Positions 26,674 through 35,058 of a DNA stretch of 42,004 bases are shown one piece after another. Within the stretch, counting starts at the first letter, position 1. The number at the start of each line of letters is the position of its first letter. The translations under genes were made by a program, and so were the position numbers. The DNA is taken from positions 1-42,004 of the forward strand of contig CAZNFC010000002.1 in assembly GCA_964572885.1 (NCBI GenBank), read 5' to 3'. The DNA comes from an uncultured Methanosarcinales archaeon. GTDB taxonomy: Archaea > Nanobdellota > Nanobdellia > Woesearchaeales > UBA10107. Below the pieces are notes generated by a model that worked only from the letters and a program-made list of their open reading frames with translations, did not search any database and was not told the DNA's origin.

Positions 26674-27669
26674 ATGATAAAAGTGCCTTACGAAGACATT
26701 ATTGCAAAAATAACAGAAGTTTCTAACATTTCTGAAACAGAACTAAATACCAAGATAGAAGAAAAGATGAATGAGCTCTCAGGTTTGGTATCAAAAGAAG
26801 GAGCGGCTCATATAATCGCAAATGAACTCGGAGTCAAGATCCAGGAGCAGGATGCTGGAAGATTGGTTGTCGATAAGCTTCTTCCAGGGATGAGGTCAGT
26901 CGAGTTTGTCGGAAAGGTCCAGAAAATATTTGAGATAAGAAAATTCGACAAAGGAAACAGGAAAGGACAAGTACAATCAATTGTCGCAGGAGATGAGACT
27001 GGAACAATAAGAGTGGTTCTTTGGAATGATCAAGTGGAGAAGATCCAGACGTTAAAAGAAGGAGATTTAGTAAGGATAGAAAATGCATATATAAAAGAGA
27101 ATCAAAATCAAAAAGAGCTTCACCTTGGAGAAAATTCAAGATTAGAGATAAATCCTCCCGGGGAAGAGATAAAAGAAGTCAAGATTGTCCAGCCATTGAA
27201 AAGCAGGAAAAAAATAGAAGGTCTGCAGGAGAATGACAATAATGTAGAGATTCTTGGAACGATTGTGCAGACTTTCGATCCGAGATATTATGAAATATGC
27301 TCCTCATGCAACAAAAGAGCAAGGCTTGCTCCTGGAGGATCAGATTACATCTGTGAGGAACATGGAAGAGTGCAGCCAAGATATTCATATGTGCTGAATG
27401 CTATAATTGATGATAGTTCAGGTACAATAAGAACAGTATTCTTCAAGAATCAGGCTGAAAACCTGACTGGAAAAAGCGAAGAAGAATTCATCCAGATGAG
27501 AGATAAAAAAGAAGTGATGGAACAGTTAAAGACGGATTTGCTCGGTGAAATCGTCAAAGTGGTAGGAAGAACCGCAAAGAACACAATGTTCGACAGGCTT
27601 GAATTCATTTCTCAGTTAGTATTTCCTAATCCTTCTCCTGAAGAAGAATTAAGGATGATTGAAGAATAA
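26674..27669 (+). CDS. Replication protein A (RPA/RFA-like ssDNA-binding protein) with OB folds and a Cys4 zinc element
   Basis: The N-terminal helical region VSKEGAAHIIANELGV is followed by an OB-fold pattern (VEFVGKVQKIFEIRKF...GQVQSIVAGDETGTIRVVLWND...GDLVRIENAYIKEN). A second OB carries CSSCNKRA...YICEEHG. Confidence 0.75.
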   Translation: MIKVPYEDIIAKITEVSNISETELNTKIEEKMNELSGLVSKEGAAHIIANELGVKIQEQDAGRLVVDKLLPGMRSVEFVGKVQKIFEIRKFDKGNRKGQVQSIVAGDETGTIRVVLWNDQVEKIQTLKEGDLVRIENAYIKENQNQKELHLGENSRLEINPPGEEIKEVKIVQPLKSRKKIEGLQENDNNVEILGTIVQTFDPRYYEICSSCNKRARLAPGGSDYICEEHGRVQPRYSYVLNAIIDDSSGTIRTVFFKNQAENLTGKSEEEFIQMRDKKEVMEQLKTDLLGEIVKVVGRTAKNTMFDRLEFISQLVFPNPSPEEELRMIEE

Positions 27670-27671
27670 AA

Positions 27672-28121
27672 ATGATGTATTATACGCATCTGATATTTGC
27701 TTTTTTAGCAGGATTACTTGGAATAAAATTGTTTCATCCGTCAAATCAGATTCTATTCATGGTTTTAGTGTTATTCTCAGGGCTTCTTCCTGACATAGAC
27801 CATCCTAAATCAAAGCTTGGAAGGTATTTCAGGCCGTTAAACTTCTTTATTTCGCATAGAGGGATATTCCATAGCCTGATGATTTTGCCTGTAATATCTT
27901 TATTACTTTATTATTTTAATTATAGTTATTTATCTCTTCCAATTATTGTGGGATATATCTCTCATCTTATTGGAGACGCAATAACAAAAGAAGGAATAAT
28001 GCCTCTGTATCCTGTCTCTAAGATGAGAATAAATGGATTTATTTCTGTCGGAGGATTTTTGGAGAAGATTTTGTTTATTGGCTTGGTATTGTTGTCGGGA
28101 TATTTCCTTTTTGCATTCTGA
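27672..28121 (+). CDS. Membrane-bound metal-dependent hydrolase, YdjM family-like
   Basis: Four hydrophobic helices with LPDIDHPKSKLGR, HRGIFHS and GYISHLIGDAITKEGIMPLYP motifs, which are typical of YdjM/DUF457 proteins. Confidence 0.7.
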   Translation: MMYYTHLIFAFLAGLLGIKLFHPSNQILFMVLVLFSGLLPDIDHPKSKLGRYFRPLNFFISHRGIFHSLMILPVISLLLYYFNYSYLSLPIIVGYISHLIGDAITKEGIMPLYPVSKMRINGFISVGGFLEKILFIGLVLLSGYFLFAF

Positions 28122-28218
28122 ATCATCCACAGGTCATTGCTGAATATAGCTAAAACCTCTCTATACGGCTTCTTATGTCGTTTTCCTCAATTGATACCAC
28201 AGGACAACCGCGTGTGAG

Positions 28219-28228
28219 CTATATAAAT
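28219..28228 (+). promoter_or_regulatory. Putative TATA box (CTATATAAAT) upstream of a long structured leader
   Basis: This AT-rich element lies about 170 nt upstream of the ATG at 28396. The interval contains several hairpins and palindromes (see findings). Confidence 0.35.
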
Positions 28229-28395
28229 GAAATGACATTATATTATATTATGTCTGAAAAAGGCAATACTCTTTGAGCGAATTCACGGCACTCAAGCCAA
28301 AAATGCTCAACAAAGGAGTACTCCATTGAAACAAAACGCGAACCCGAAAGGGAGTGGCTGAAAAATTTCAGTTTACCAGCAAGGAGGTATTCAAA

Positions 28396-28671
28396 ATGGA
28401 AAACAAAAAAGGACCTGAAAAGGTTTTTTCAACAGGTGCGATACAGGTGGCTGTATGGCGAAATGATTCTGTATCAAAAGACGGTTCAAAATCCGAATTT
28501 AGGACAGTAAATCTTCAAAGAAGGTATGCTGACAAAGCAGGCGAATGGAAATCGACTTCTGTGATGAGAGTTAATGATCTGCCTAAAGCTGCATTAGCTT
28601 TGAACAAAGCATTCGAATATCTTGTCATGAAAGGGCAGGATTCAGAATTCATCGAAGAAATCGTGGTGTAA
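28396..28671 (+). CDS. Small conserved-looking protein, possibly a PC4/YdbC-like ssDNA-binding fold, 91 aa
   Basis: The track start 28354 is GTG. The ATG at 28396 lies 7 nt after a strong AAGGAGGT. The pattern RTVNLQRRYADKAGEWKSTSVMRVNDLPKAALALNKAFEYL parallels the PC4 core (R-E-Y-x-D-x-x-G-E-x-K...S-L...helix) as I remember it. Confidence 0.6.
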   Translation: MENKKGPEKVFSTGAIQVAVWRNDSVSKDGSKSEFRTVNLQRRYADKAGEWKSTSVMRVNDLPKAALALNKAFEYLVMKGQDSEFIEEIVV

Positions 28672-28717
28672 AAACCACCTTTCTTAATTTTATAAAAAAA
28701 CAAGAGGTAATTAAAAA

Positions 28718-29758
28718 ATGGAAACAGAAGTATTAATAAATGAAGATATGATGTTAAACTCTATGGATGAAAATGTCGAAGAGTCCAAAGAGAAGGTAAG
28801 AAAGAAATCCAAAGCAGATCTTACTCTGGAAGATCTTCCGGGAGTGGGAGCAGCTACAGCTGAAAAGCTTATGTCGTGCGGATATGACAATCTGATTGCA
28901 GTTGCAGTAGCAACTCCAGGTCAGCTTGTAGATGCATCAGGAGTCTCTGAAGCAGTAGCAAGAAAAATGATAAACACCGCAAGAGAGCTACTTGATATGG
29001 GATTCGAATCAGGTAATGATGTCCTGAAGAAAAGAGAAAAAGTCATTAGAATAACCACAGGCTCAAAAGCTTTCGATGCAATCATGAACGGCGGATTTGA
29101 AACCGGAGCAATAACAGAATGTTTCGGTGAATTCGGTTCAGGTAAGACGCAGGTAGGACATGCTTTGGCTGTCAATACTATCAAAGTATATCCAAAAGCA
29201 AGTGTCGTATATATCGACACTGAAAATACTTTCAGACCAGAAAGGATCATTCAGCTTGCTAACGGGGCAGGATTGGATCCTGTAAAAGTCTTGAAGCAAA
29301 TCAAAGTTGCAAAAGCTTACAACTCAGATCATCAGATGTTATTGGCTGAAAAAGTCCAGGATTTGATATCTAAAGAAGGAAACGACGTGAAACTTGTCGT
29401 GGTTGATTCACTGACTGCGCATTTCAGGGCAGAGTTCATCGGAAGAGGAACTTTAGCTGAAAGACAGCAGAAGCTGAACAAGCACATGCACACATTATCA
29501 AAGCTTGCAGACATGAACAATCTATGTGTTTATGTCACAAATCAGGTAATGGCAAAGCCAGACCAATTCTTTGGAGATCCGACCCAGTCAATAGGCGGAC
29601 ACATAGTAGGTCACGCTTCGACATTCAGAATCTATTTGCGTAAAGGCAAGAAAGGAACAAGAGTTGCAAAACTTATTGATGCACCTAACTTAGCTGATGC
29701 AGAATGCGGCTTCCAGGTTGAAGAATCCGGTTTGAAGGACTTAAAGGCAGAGAAGTAA
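28718..29758 (+). CDS. radA: DNA repair and recombination protein RadA (archaeal Rad51/RecA homolog)
   Basis: N-terminal HhH region LEDLPGVGAATAEKLMSCGYDNL, Walker A GEFGSGKTQ, Walker B LVVVDS, and YVTNQV...GGHIVGHAST. Confidence 0.95.
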   Translation: METEVLINEDMMLNSMDENVEESKEKVRKKSKADLTLEDLPGVGAATAEKLMSCGYDNLIAVAVATPGQLVDASGVSEAVARKMINTARELLDMGFESGNDVLKKREKVIRITTGSKAFDAIMNGGFETGAITECFGEFGSGKTQVGHALAVNTIKVYPKASVVYIDTENTFRPERIIQLANGAGLDPVKVLKQIKVAKAYNSDHQMLLAEKVQDLISKEGNDVKLVVVDSLTAHFRAEFIGRGTLAERQQKLNKHMHTLSKLADMNNLCVYVTNQVMAKPDQFFGDPTQSIGGHIVGHASTFRIYLRKGKKGTRVAKLIDAPNLADAECGFQVEESGLKDLKAEK

Positions 29759-29775
29759 TTCCTGCTTTTTTTATT

Positions 29776-30048
29776 TTATTTTTTCCTATTTTCTATCACA
29801 AAAGTTGTATCAATAATCAAACCACCGACACCGATAATCAAAGGAATCCAGGATAGTTTATTTCCGATATTTATTTCATATATTGCATAAATGACAAGTA
29901 TTATCCAGAAAGGTATAGCGAACCTGTCAGCTATTGTAGCAACTTTAACCCAATTGTTCATCATGAACCATAAAAGCCCAACATTTATAAACATATATAA
30001 CAATTTTAATCTTAACATAAATAATGCGTCAAAAGCGCATGAAAACAT
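29776..30048 (-). CDS. Small integral membrane protein, unknown function (90 aa)
   Basis: The ORF fills the gap between radA and the TRAM gene and has three hydrophobic segments. I recognise no family. Confidence 0.5.
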   Translation of the reverse strand: MFSCAFDALFMLRLKLLYMFINVGLLWFMMNNWVKVATIADRFAIPFWIILVIYAIYEINIGNKLSWIPLIIGVGGLIIDTTFVIENRKK

Positions 30049-30063
30049 AGGTGAAATATAAAC

Positions 30064-30453
30064 ATGTACGGAGAAAATAGAGATAGGAGAGGCGGTGGCG
30101 GTTTCAGGGGAGATCGTGACAGTGGTTACGGCGACAGGCCGAATTTTGTCCCGGTTAATGTCGGCGATGAAATAGATGTGAAGATAGAAGCTGTCGGAGA
30201 GAAAGGCGACGGCGTAGCAAAGGTTAAGGGATTTGTTCTATTCGTCCCTAACGTCAAAGAAGGAGACCTTGTAAGAGTAAGAGTTACAAAAGTCTTAAGA
30301 AAAGTCGGATTCGCAGAATCATTAGGTCCTGCACAAGGTCCAATAGCTGTCGATAACAAGCCAGCTCCAAAACCAGCTAAGAAAGAAGAGCCAGAAGAAG
30401 ATTTGTCAGGAAATGACTCAGAAGACTTCGGCGATTTCGAAGAATCTAAATAA
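30064..30453 (+). CDS. TRAM-domain RNA-binding protein with an RGG-rich N-terminus and an acidic C-terminus
   Basis: VNVGDEIDVKIEAVGEKGDGVAKVKGFVLFVPNVKEGDLVRVRVTKVLRKVGFAE is a typical stand-alone archaeal TRAM domain. Confidence 0.8.
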   Translation: MYGENRDRRGGGGFRGDRDSGYGDRPNFVPVNVGDEIDVKIEAVGEKGDGVAKVKGFVLFVPNVKEGDLVRVRVTKVLRKVGFAESLGPAQGPIAVDNKPAPKPAKKEEPEEDLSGNDSEDFGDFEESK

Positions 30454-30470
30454 TTCTTTTTATTTTTTAT

Positions 30471-30779
30471 TTATTTTAATTTAGAATCTAACGATTGATA
30501 ATTTCTTGGAACTTCTAATTTTGCTGCCTGTTCATAATGTCGCATTTGATTCTGAAGATTAACCGGTTGATAAGTATTAGCCATCGCGGCACCACTCATC
30601 AAAACCCAGCAGAGATATTTCAACTTAATACTTGGTATCATTCCATCAAATGTTGTATTTACTAGATGGTACTTTCCTCTTTTATCTTCTGCTATTTTAT
30701 GAGTAAATGGCAAAGGATGTATGAATAGAGCAAAATTACTTAATTCAACTACAATCTTTTCTACTAATCCTTTTTTCAT
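30471..30779 (-). CDS. Hypothetical protein (102 aa)
   Basis: The ORF fills an otherwise empty interval. I recognise no motifs. Confidence 0.4.
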   Translation of the reverse strand: MKKGLVEKIVVELSNFALFIHPLPFTHKIAEDKRGKYHLVNTTFDGMIPSIKLKYLCWVLMSGAAMANTYQPVNLQNQMRHYEQAAKLEVPRNYQSLDSKLK

Positions 30780-30951
30780 GATGGTCTCAAGGACATTCTA
30801 ATATAAAAACATTACAGTAACCTTTATAAACCACCTCAGTTCTCAAATTATCATTGCCTCGTATGAAGCATGGCACGAAAGTGGGCTTCAGACACGTTGT
30901 CCGGGCGATAGAAGGACAATAGAACTTAAAGATTCTATTGTTAAATTAAAC

Positions 30952-31554
30952 ATGGCAGAACAAAAAGAAATGCAAGTACCTGTAGAGCTTTATCTAAAGG
31001 CAGGAATACACATAGGAACAAAATTCAAATCAAAGTACATGGAGCCGTTCATATACAAGATAAGGCCAGATGGTTTATTCATCCTTAATTTAGAGAAAGT
31101 TGACCAAAGAATAGGTTTGGCTGCAAAATTCTTGTCGCAGTTCAATCCAGAAGACATCTTAATAGTTTCAAGAAGAGAAAACGGTTGGAAGCCGATAAAA
31201 GCATTCTCAAAACTGACAGGAGTCACAGTTTTTGCAGGGAGATACCCTCCTGGAATATTGACTAACACAAGCTTAAAGAATTTCATGGAAAAGAAAGTGT
31301 TGTTAGTAACTGATCCATGGCCAGACAAGAACGCAGTCGAGGATGCAGGAAGAGTAGGAATCCCAGTCATCGGATTATGCGACACAAACAATCAGGCAAA
31401 TGAAGTAGATCTGGTCGTTCCGTGCAATAACAAAGGAAAGAAATCATTAGGGTTGTTCTTCTGGATATTAGCAAGAGAATATTTCAAATCGAGAGGAACA
31501 ATAAAGAAGAACGAAGACTTCACAGCTCCATTGGAAGATTTCTCAGACGAATGA
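30952..31554 (+). CDS. rps2: 30S ribosomal protein uS2
   Basis: LLKAGIHIGTKFKSKYMEPFIYKIRPDGLFILNLEKVDQRI...LLVTDPWPDKNAVEDAGRVGIPVIGLCDTNN matches archaeal/eukaryal-type S2. Confidence 0.9.
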   Translation: MAEQKEMQVPVELYLKAGIHIGTKFKSKYMEPFIYKIRPDGLFILNLEKVDQRIGLAAKFLSQFNPEDILIVSRRENGWKPIKAFSKLTGVTVFAGRYPPGILTNTSLKNFMEKKVLLVTDPWPDKNAVEDAGRVGIPVIGLCDTNNQANEVDLVVPCNNKGKKSLGLFFWILAREYFKSRGTIKKNEDFTAPLEDFSDE

Positions 31555-32241
31555 TCATTCTACATTAACGATTCCTTCATTAACAATCTTAAACAACATC
31601 TCTTTCGATTGCGGCTGTGATCTATGTTTGATCAAAGTAGCTTTTCTTATTCCGTTATGTCCCTGCTGCAGTTCGATCATGCATTTCGAGCCGTATTTCA
31701 GAATATCTCCTCCGACAATCTTGACTCCATTCGGATTTTCAAAGTCAGAATATACCTGATTGGAAATCAATACGGGAATATTGCTTTTACGGGCAATCTG
31801 TGTCAAAGCAGCAATCTGTTTGCTTAACTCGATGTTCGCATTGAAAGGTTCGTCATTGTTTCCTCTTTCCAATCGATATAGCATCGAGATAGTATCTATC
31901 ACAATCAATTTTATGTCTTTGTCAATCATTCCTTTCAGTTTTTCAAATACATCCTGCTGCTCTTCAAATGAAGTAGGCTTAAAGAAGAATATCCTCTCAA
32001 GTATCTTTTCAGTCTCGCTGCCACAGATTTGTTTTGCTCTTTCGGCTGAGAACCCTCCTTCAGTATCGACAAATATAACTTTCCCTCCATTTCTGGCTAC
32101 ATTGACGGCAGCTAAAACGCATATGTTCGTCTTTCCTGCTCCTGCAGGCCCGTAAATAGTTGTAATCACATCATTCTCGAATCCGCCTGCTAAAAGCTCA
32201 TCCAATACAGTATTTGTAGGTGTTTTTATGATTTCATCCAA
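31555..32241 (-). CDS. radB: DNA repair and recombination protein RadB (RadA paralog)
   Basis: LDELLAGGFENDVITTIYGPAGAGKTN (Walker A), VIFVDTEGGFSAERAKQI, LIVIDTIS (Walker B), and a size of about 228 aa without an HhH domain. Confidence 0.85.
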   Translation of the reverse strand: MDEIIKTPTNTVLDELLAGGFENDVITTIYGPAGAGKTNICVLAAVNVARNGGKVIFVDTEGGFSAERAKQICGSETEKILERIFFFKPTSFEEQQDVFEKLKGMIDKDIKLIVIDTISMLYRLERGNNDEPFNANIELSKQIAALTQIARKSNIPVLISNQVYSDFENPNGVKIVGGDILKYGSKCMIELQQGHNGIRKATLIKHRSQPQSKEMLFKIVNEGIVNVE

Positions 32242-32384
32242 TTTAACCGCCCTAAATTATACTTAATATGAAACTTTTTAAACCTATCTCAAACTGCGTA
32301 TTTTGCCGTTATAAGCCTTAAAACCCACGAATCCTGAACATATGTTGCGAAAAGTTTAAAAAAGAAGTTTATACTGTTTTTATC

Positions 32385-33629
32385 ATGGAGTTTGTTTTGA
32401 CAGTAATCTATACGGGAGCCTTTTTTGCGCTGTTCAGTACGTTCATTTACCTTTTGACTTTATATGAGAACAGGGAAAATCTATCAAATCCTAAGCCAAA
32501 GAAGCTTCCTAAGGTCACAGTCATTGTACCTGCATTCAATGAAGAGGGAAGAATAAAAAGAACAGTAGATTCTTTGTTGAATCTTAACTATCCTAAAAAC
32601 TTGCTGGAAATAATACTTGTAGATGACGGTTCAAGAGATAATACTCTTTCTGAAATGAAGGAATACGAATCAGATAGGGTAAGGATATTTTCAAAGAAAA
32701 ACGGAGGAAAGGCAAGCGCACTTAATCTTGGAATCGAGAAAGCAACAGGAGAGATAGTCGTCTCATTAGATGCGGATTCATTTGTAGATAAGCAATCTTT
32801 GATAAGGATGGTCGGTTACTTCAATGATCCGAATGTGGCTGCAGTCACTCCTTCAATGAAGATATGGAAACCTAAGACAATACTCCAGAAAATACAGTTC
32901 TTTGAATATATGTTCGGAATATTTTTAAGAAAAGCAGCTGCATATCTGGGAAGCATACACGTAACTCCTGGTCCTTTTAGCGCTTACAGAAAATCTTTCT
33001 TTGAGAAATATGGAGGATACCAGGAAGGAAATCTGACGGAGGATATAGAAGTTGCATTGAGGATACAATCCCATCATTTGCTTATTGAAAATGCTCCTGA
33101 TGCATACTCGTACACAATAGGCCCTTCAAAATTCATGCCGTTATTCAGGCAGAGAATAAGATGGTACTTAGGATTCCTTAATAATGTCTGGAATTATAGA
33201 AAATTATTTGGAAGAGAATACGGCACTCTTGGATTATTCTTCCTTCCAAGCGCATTCATATCGGTCTTTTTTACCATATTCCTGTCTTTTTATGCGATGA
33301 AAGTATTGCTTAGCGGTTTTATCAACAATATATTCAAATTATGGTCAATAAATTTCGATTTTCTTAAGATGTTGAATTTCAGGATAGAACCATTCTACTT
33401 AGTTCCAAGCGCAATGACGATACTCACGATTCTTTCAATATGTTTTGTTGCAGGAACCATATGGATAGCAAGAAGAATATCCGACGACAGAGAAAAGATA
33501 TTCATGCCTTCATTGCTCTCGATATTATTTTATGCGCCTCTTTTTGCATTATGGTGGCTTGTTTCATTTGCTTACAAGGCCGGCGGAAAAGATATAAAAT
33601 GGTCAGGAGTAGTCTGGAAGAAAGATTAA
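32385..33629 (+). CDS. Membrane-integrated family 2 glycosyltransferase (processive, QxxRW type)
   Basis: VTVIVPAFNEE, ILVDDGSRDNT, GGKASALN, VSLDADS, TEDIE, and QRIRW, flanked by multiple TM helices. Confidence 0.85.
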   Translation: MEFVLTVIYTGAFFALFSTFIYLLTLYENRENLSNPKPKKLPKVTVIVPAFNEEGRIKRTVDSLLNLNYPKNLLEIILVDDGSRDNTLSEMKEYESDRVRIFSKKNGGKASALNLGIEKATGEIVVSLDADSFVDKQSLIRMVGYFNDPNVAAVTPSMKIWKPKTILQKIQFFEYMFGIFLRKAAAYLGSIHVTPGPFSAYRKSFFEKYGGYQEGNLTEDIEVALRIQSHHLLIENAPDAYSYTIGPSKFMPLFRQRIRWYLGFLNNVWNYRKLFGREYGTLGLFFLPSAFISVFFTIFLSFYAMKVLLSGFINNIFKLWSINFDFLKMLNFRIEPFYLVPSAMTILTILSICFVAGTIWIARRISDDREKIFMPSLLSILFYAPLFALWWLVSFAYKAGGKDIKWSGVVWKKD

Positions 33630-33630
33630 A

Positions 33631-34275
33631 ATGAAAAGAGAGATTCCAAGAGCGAAGTTTGCAGCCGCTTTTTTTATGACAGCATTCATATTCCTTCTCA
33701 TTATAATTACAAACAATTATTTCAATGAGGCAAAATTAAACCAGCTGAATTCTCTTTATAACAATATAAGAATAGATGCCTTGAATGCTGAAGTCCAATA
33801 TGAGATAATATCAGAGAATCCGTGTCTTGCGTTGAATTTTGATCCGATAAGCAACGAATTGTTCTCTTTGGGAGAAAAACTTACAAAGATGGAAGAAGAT
33901 TTGGGAAAAACAAATATACAGGTGCTTGATCTTAAGAAGTATTATTCTATACTTGAGATAAGGCAGTATTTATTTGTCAAAAAGTCTTCTATGCAGTGCA
34001 ATAAGCAGGCAACACCGATATTGTTCTTCTATTCAAATGAGAATGACTGTGCAGACTGTGAATCCCAAGGATTCGTGCTTAATTACATCAGAAACGCAGT
34101 AAATAACACTTATGTATATTCATTTGACGTAAATCTTGACAGTTCGGCTACAAAAGCTTTGAAGCTAAGTTATAATGTAACTTCTGTGCCCACTCTCGTG
34201 ATAAAAGACAAAGCATACCCTGGCTTCAAGAATTCTGAAGAAATATTAAAAATAATAAAAACCCAATCGAACTAA
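33631..34275 (+). CDS. Membrane-anchored thioredoxin-fold protein (CxxC)
   Basis: N-terminal TM helix AAFFMTAFIFLLIIITNNYF. Trx-like ILFFYSNENDCADCESQG...VTSVPTLVIKDKAY. It starts 1 nt after the GT2 stop. Confidence 0.55.
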   Translation: MKREIPRAKFAAAFFMTAFIFLLIIITNNYFNEAKLNQLNSLYNNIRIDALNAEVQYEIISENPCLALNFDPISNELFSLGEKLTKMEEDLGKTNIQVLDLKKYYSILEIRQYLFVKKSSMQCNKQATPILFFYSNENDCADCESQGFVLNYIRNAVNNTYVYSFDVNLDSSATKALKLSYNVTSVPTLVIKDKAYPGFKNSEEILKIIKTQSN

Positions 34276-34295
34276 AGTTCGCTGGGAATAAGAGC

Positions 34296-34496
34296 TTATC
34301 TTCTTTTTCTTAATGCTAATGCGACAGCGCCAAGAACAGCTCCGGCAGCAGCAGCAATAGCAATCGCTCTTTCTGGGTTCTTTCTGATAGCCGAATCCAC
34401 TTTTCTTCTTGCTTCTTTGGCCTTAGCTTCTGCTTTGGCTAATTGAGCTTTTACTTTCTTAACCTCAGCAATTACTTTTTTCTTGTTTATTTTCAT
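34296..34496 (-). CDS. Tail-anchored small protein, YqjD/ElaB (DUF883)-like
   Basis: A Lys/Ala-rich helix is followed by NPERAIAIAAAAGAVLGAVALALRKRR, which resembles the DUF883 C-terminal anchor. Confidence 0.45.
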   Translation of the reverse strand: MKINKKKVIAEVKKVKAQLAKAEAKAKEARRKVDSAIRKNPERAIAIAAAAGAVLGAVALALRKRR

Positions 34497-34506
34497 TTAT
34501 TCACCT

Positions 34507-34824
34507 CTAGTACTTTAATAATTTCGAAGACTGTGCAAGTATTACCGATATCAATAACAAAATAACACCCACAATAAGATATACTGTGCTTCTGTTTATG
34601 CCTATGATATCAACAAGATAGAATATTGATCCAAGAATAACGAAAATAACACCTAATAAAAGTAAAATCAGCGCCATAGCTCTTCTTAGAATCTTTTTTT
34701 GAGTCACCACAACAGCATTTTGAGCCTTTTCTTTTATGCCTGAGAGAACCTGTCCACTGAACACATCAAATAATATCGATTTCCAGTCACCTTCTTTCTT
34801 AGCCATTATTACTGGTTTATACAC
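34507..34824 (-). CDS. Small two-TM membrane protein (possibly YqjE/holin-X-like)
   Basis: Two long hydrophobic helices (MALILLLLGVIFVILGSIFYLV, VYLIVGVILLLISVILA). It sits immediately upstream of the DUF883-like gene, as in bacterial yqjD-yqjE pairs. Confidence 0.4.
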   Translation of the reverse strand: MYKPVIMAKKEGDWKSILFDVFSGQVLSGIKEKAQNAVVVTQKKILRRAMALILLLLGVIFVILGSIFYLVDIIGINRSTVYLIVGVILLLISVILAQSSKLLKY

Positions 34825-34850
34825 AGTCTTTTTTAAATGTTATGTCAAAA

Positions 34851-34922
34851 AGCAGGCGCCCGGACTCGAACCGGGGATGAGAGGGTTGCAGCCTCTTGCC
34901 TTAACTGCTTGGCTACGCCTGC
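34851..34922 (-). tRNA. tRNA-Cys (GCA)
   Basis: The reverse complement GCAGGCG-UA-GCCA..GGC-A-AGAGG-CUGCAAC-CCUCU-CAUC-CCCGG-UUCGAGU-CCGGG-CGCCUGC-U folds as a cloverleaf with anticodon GCA and discriminator U73. No CCA is encoded, and a U-run follows the 3' end. Confidence 0.9.
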
Positions 34923-34929
34923 ATTAAAA

Positions 34930-35004
34930 CGCGGTCGATGGGATTCGAACCCACGACTTCCAGCTTAGAAGGCTGGCACTCTATCCAAGCTGAGTTACGA
35001 CCGC
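34930..35004 (-). tRNA. tRNA-Arg (UCU)
   Basis: The reverse complement GCGGUCG-UA-ACUC-AGCUUGGAUA-GAGU-G-CCAGC-CUUCUAA-GCUGG-AAGUC-GUGGG-UUCGAAU-CCCAU-CGACCGC-G folds as a cloverleaf with anticodon UCU. No CCA is encoded. Confidence 0.9.
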
Positions 35005-35028
35005 ATAAGCAAAAAGAACCTGATGATA

Positions 35029-35039
35029 ATATTTAAAGG
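35029..35039 (-). promoter_or_regulatory. Putative TATA box (minus strand CCTTTAAATAT) for the tRNA-Arg/tRNA-Cys pair
   Basis: It is centred about 30 nt upstream of the tRNA-Arg 5' end (35004) on the minus strand. Confidence 0.45.
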
Positions 35040-35058
35040 TTATGGCCGTTCAAGAACA

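Noticed and set aside
30822-30951. Leader of the uS2 gene: TATA-like CCTTTATAAACC (about 30822), the hairpin GAAGC-AUGG-CAC-GAAA-GUG-G-GCUUC (about 30865-30889), and ATAGAA...TTCTAT (about 30922-30941)
   Set aside because: It could be an autoregulatory or K-turn-like element, but I could not match a K-turn (tandem G.A) or C/D consensus. A short structured 5' UTR is unremarkable.
34736-34927. 63-aa + strand ORF
   Set aside because: It runs across the antisense of tRNA-Cys and the upstream membrane-protein gene. The tRNA cloverleaf explains the sequence.
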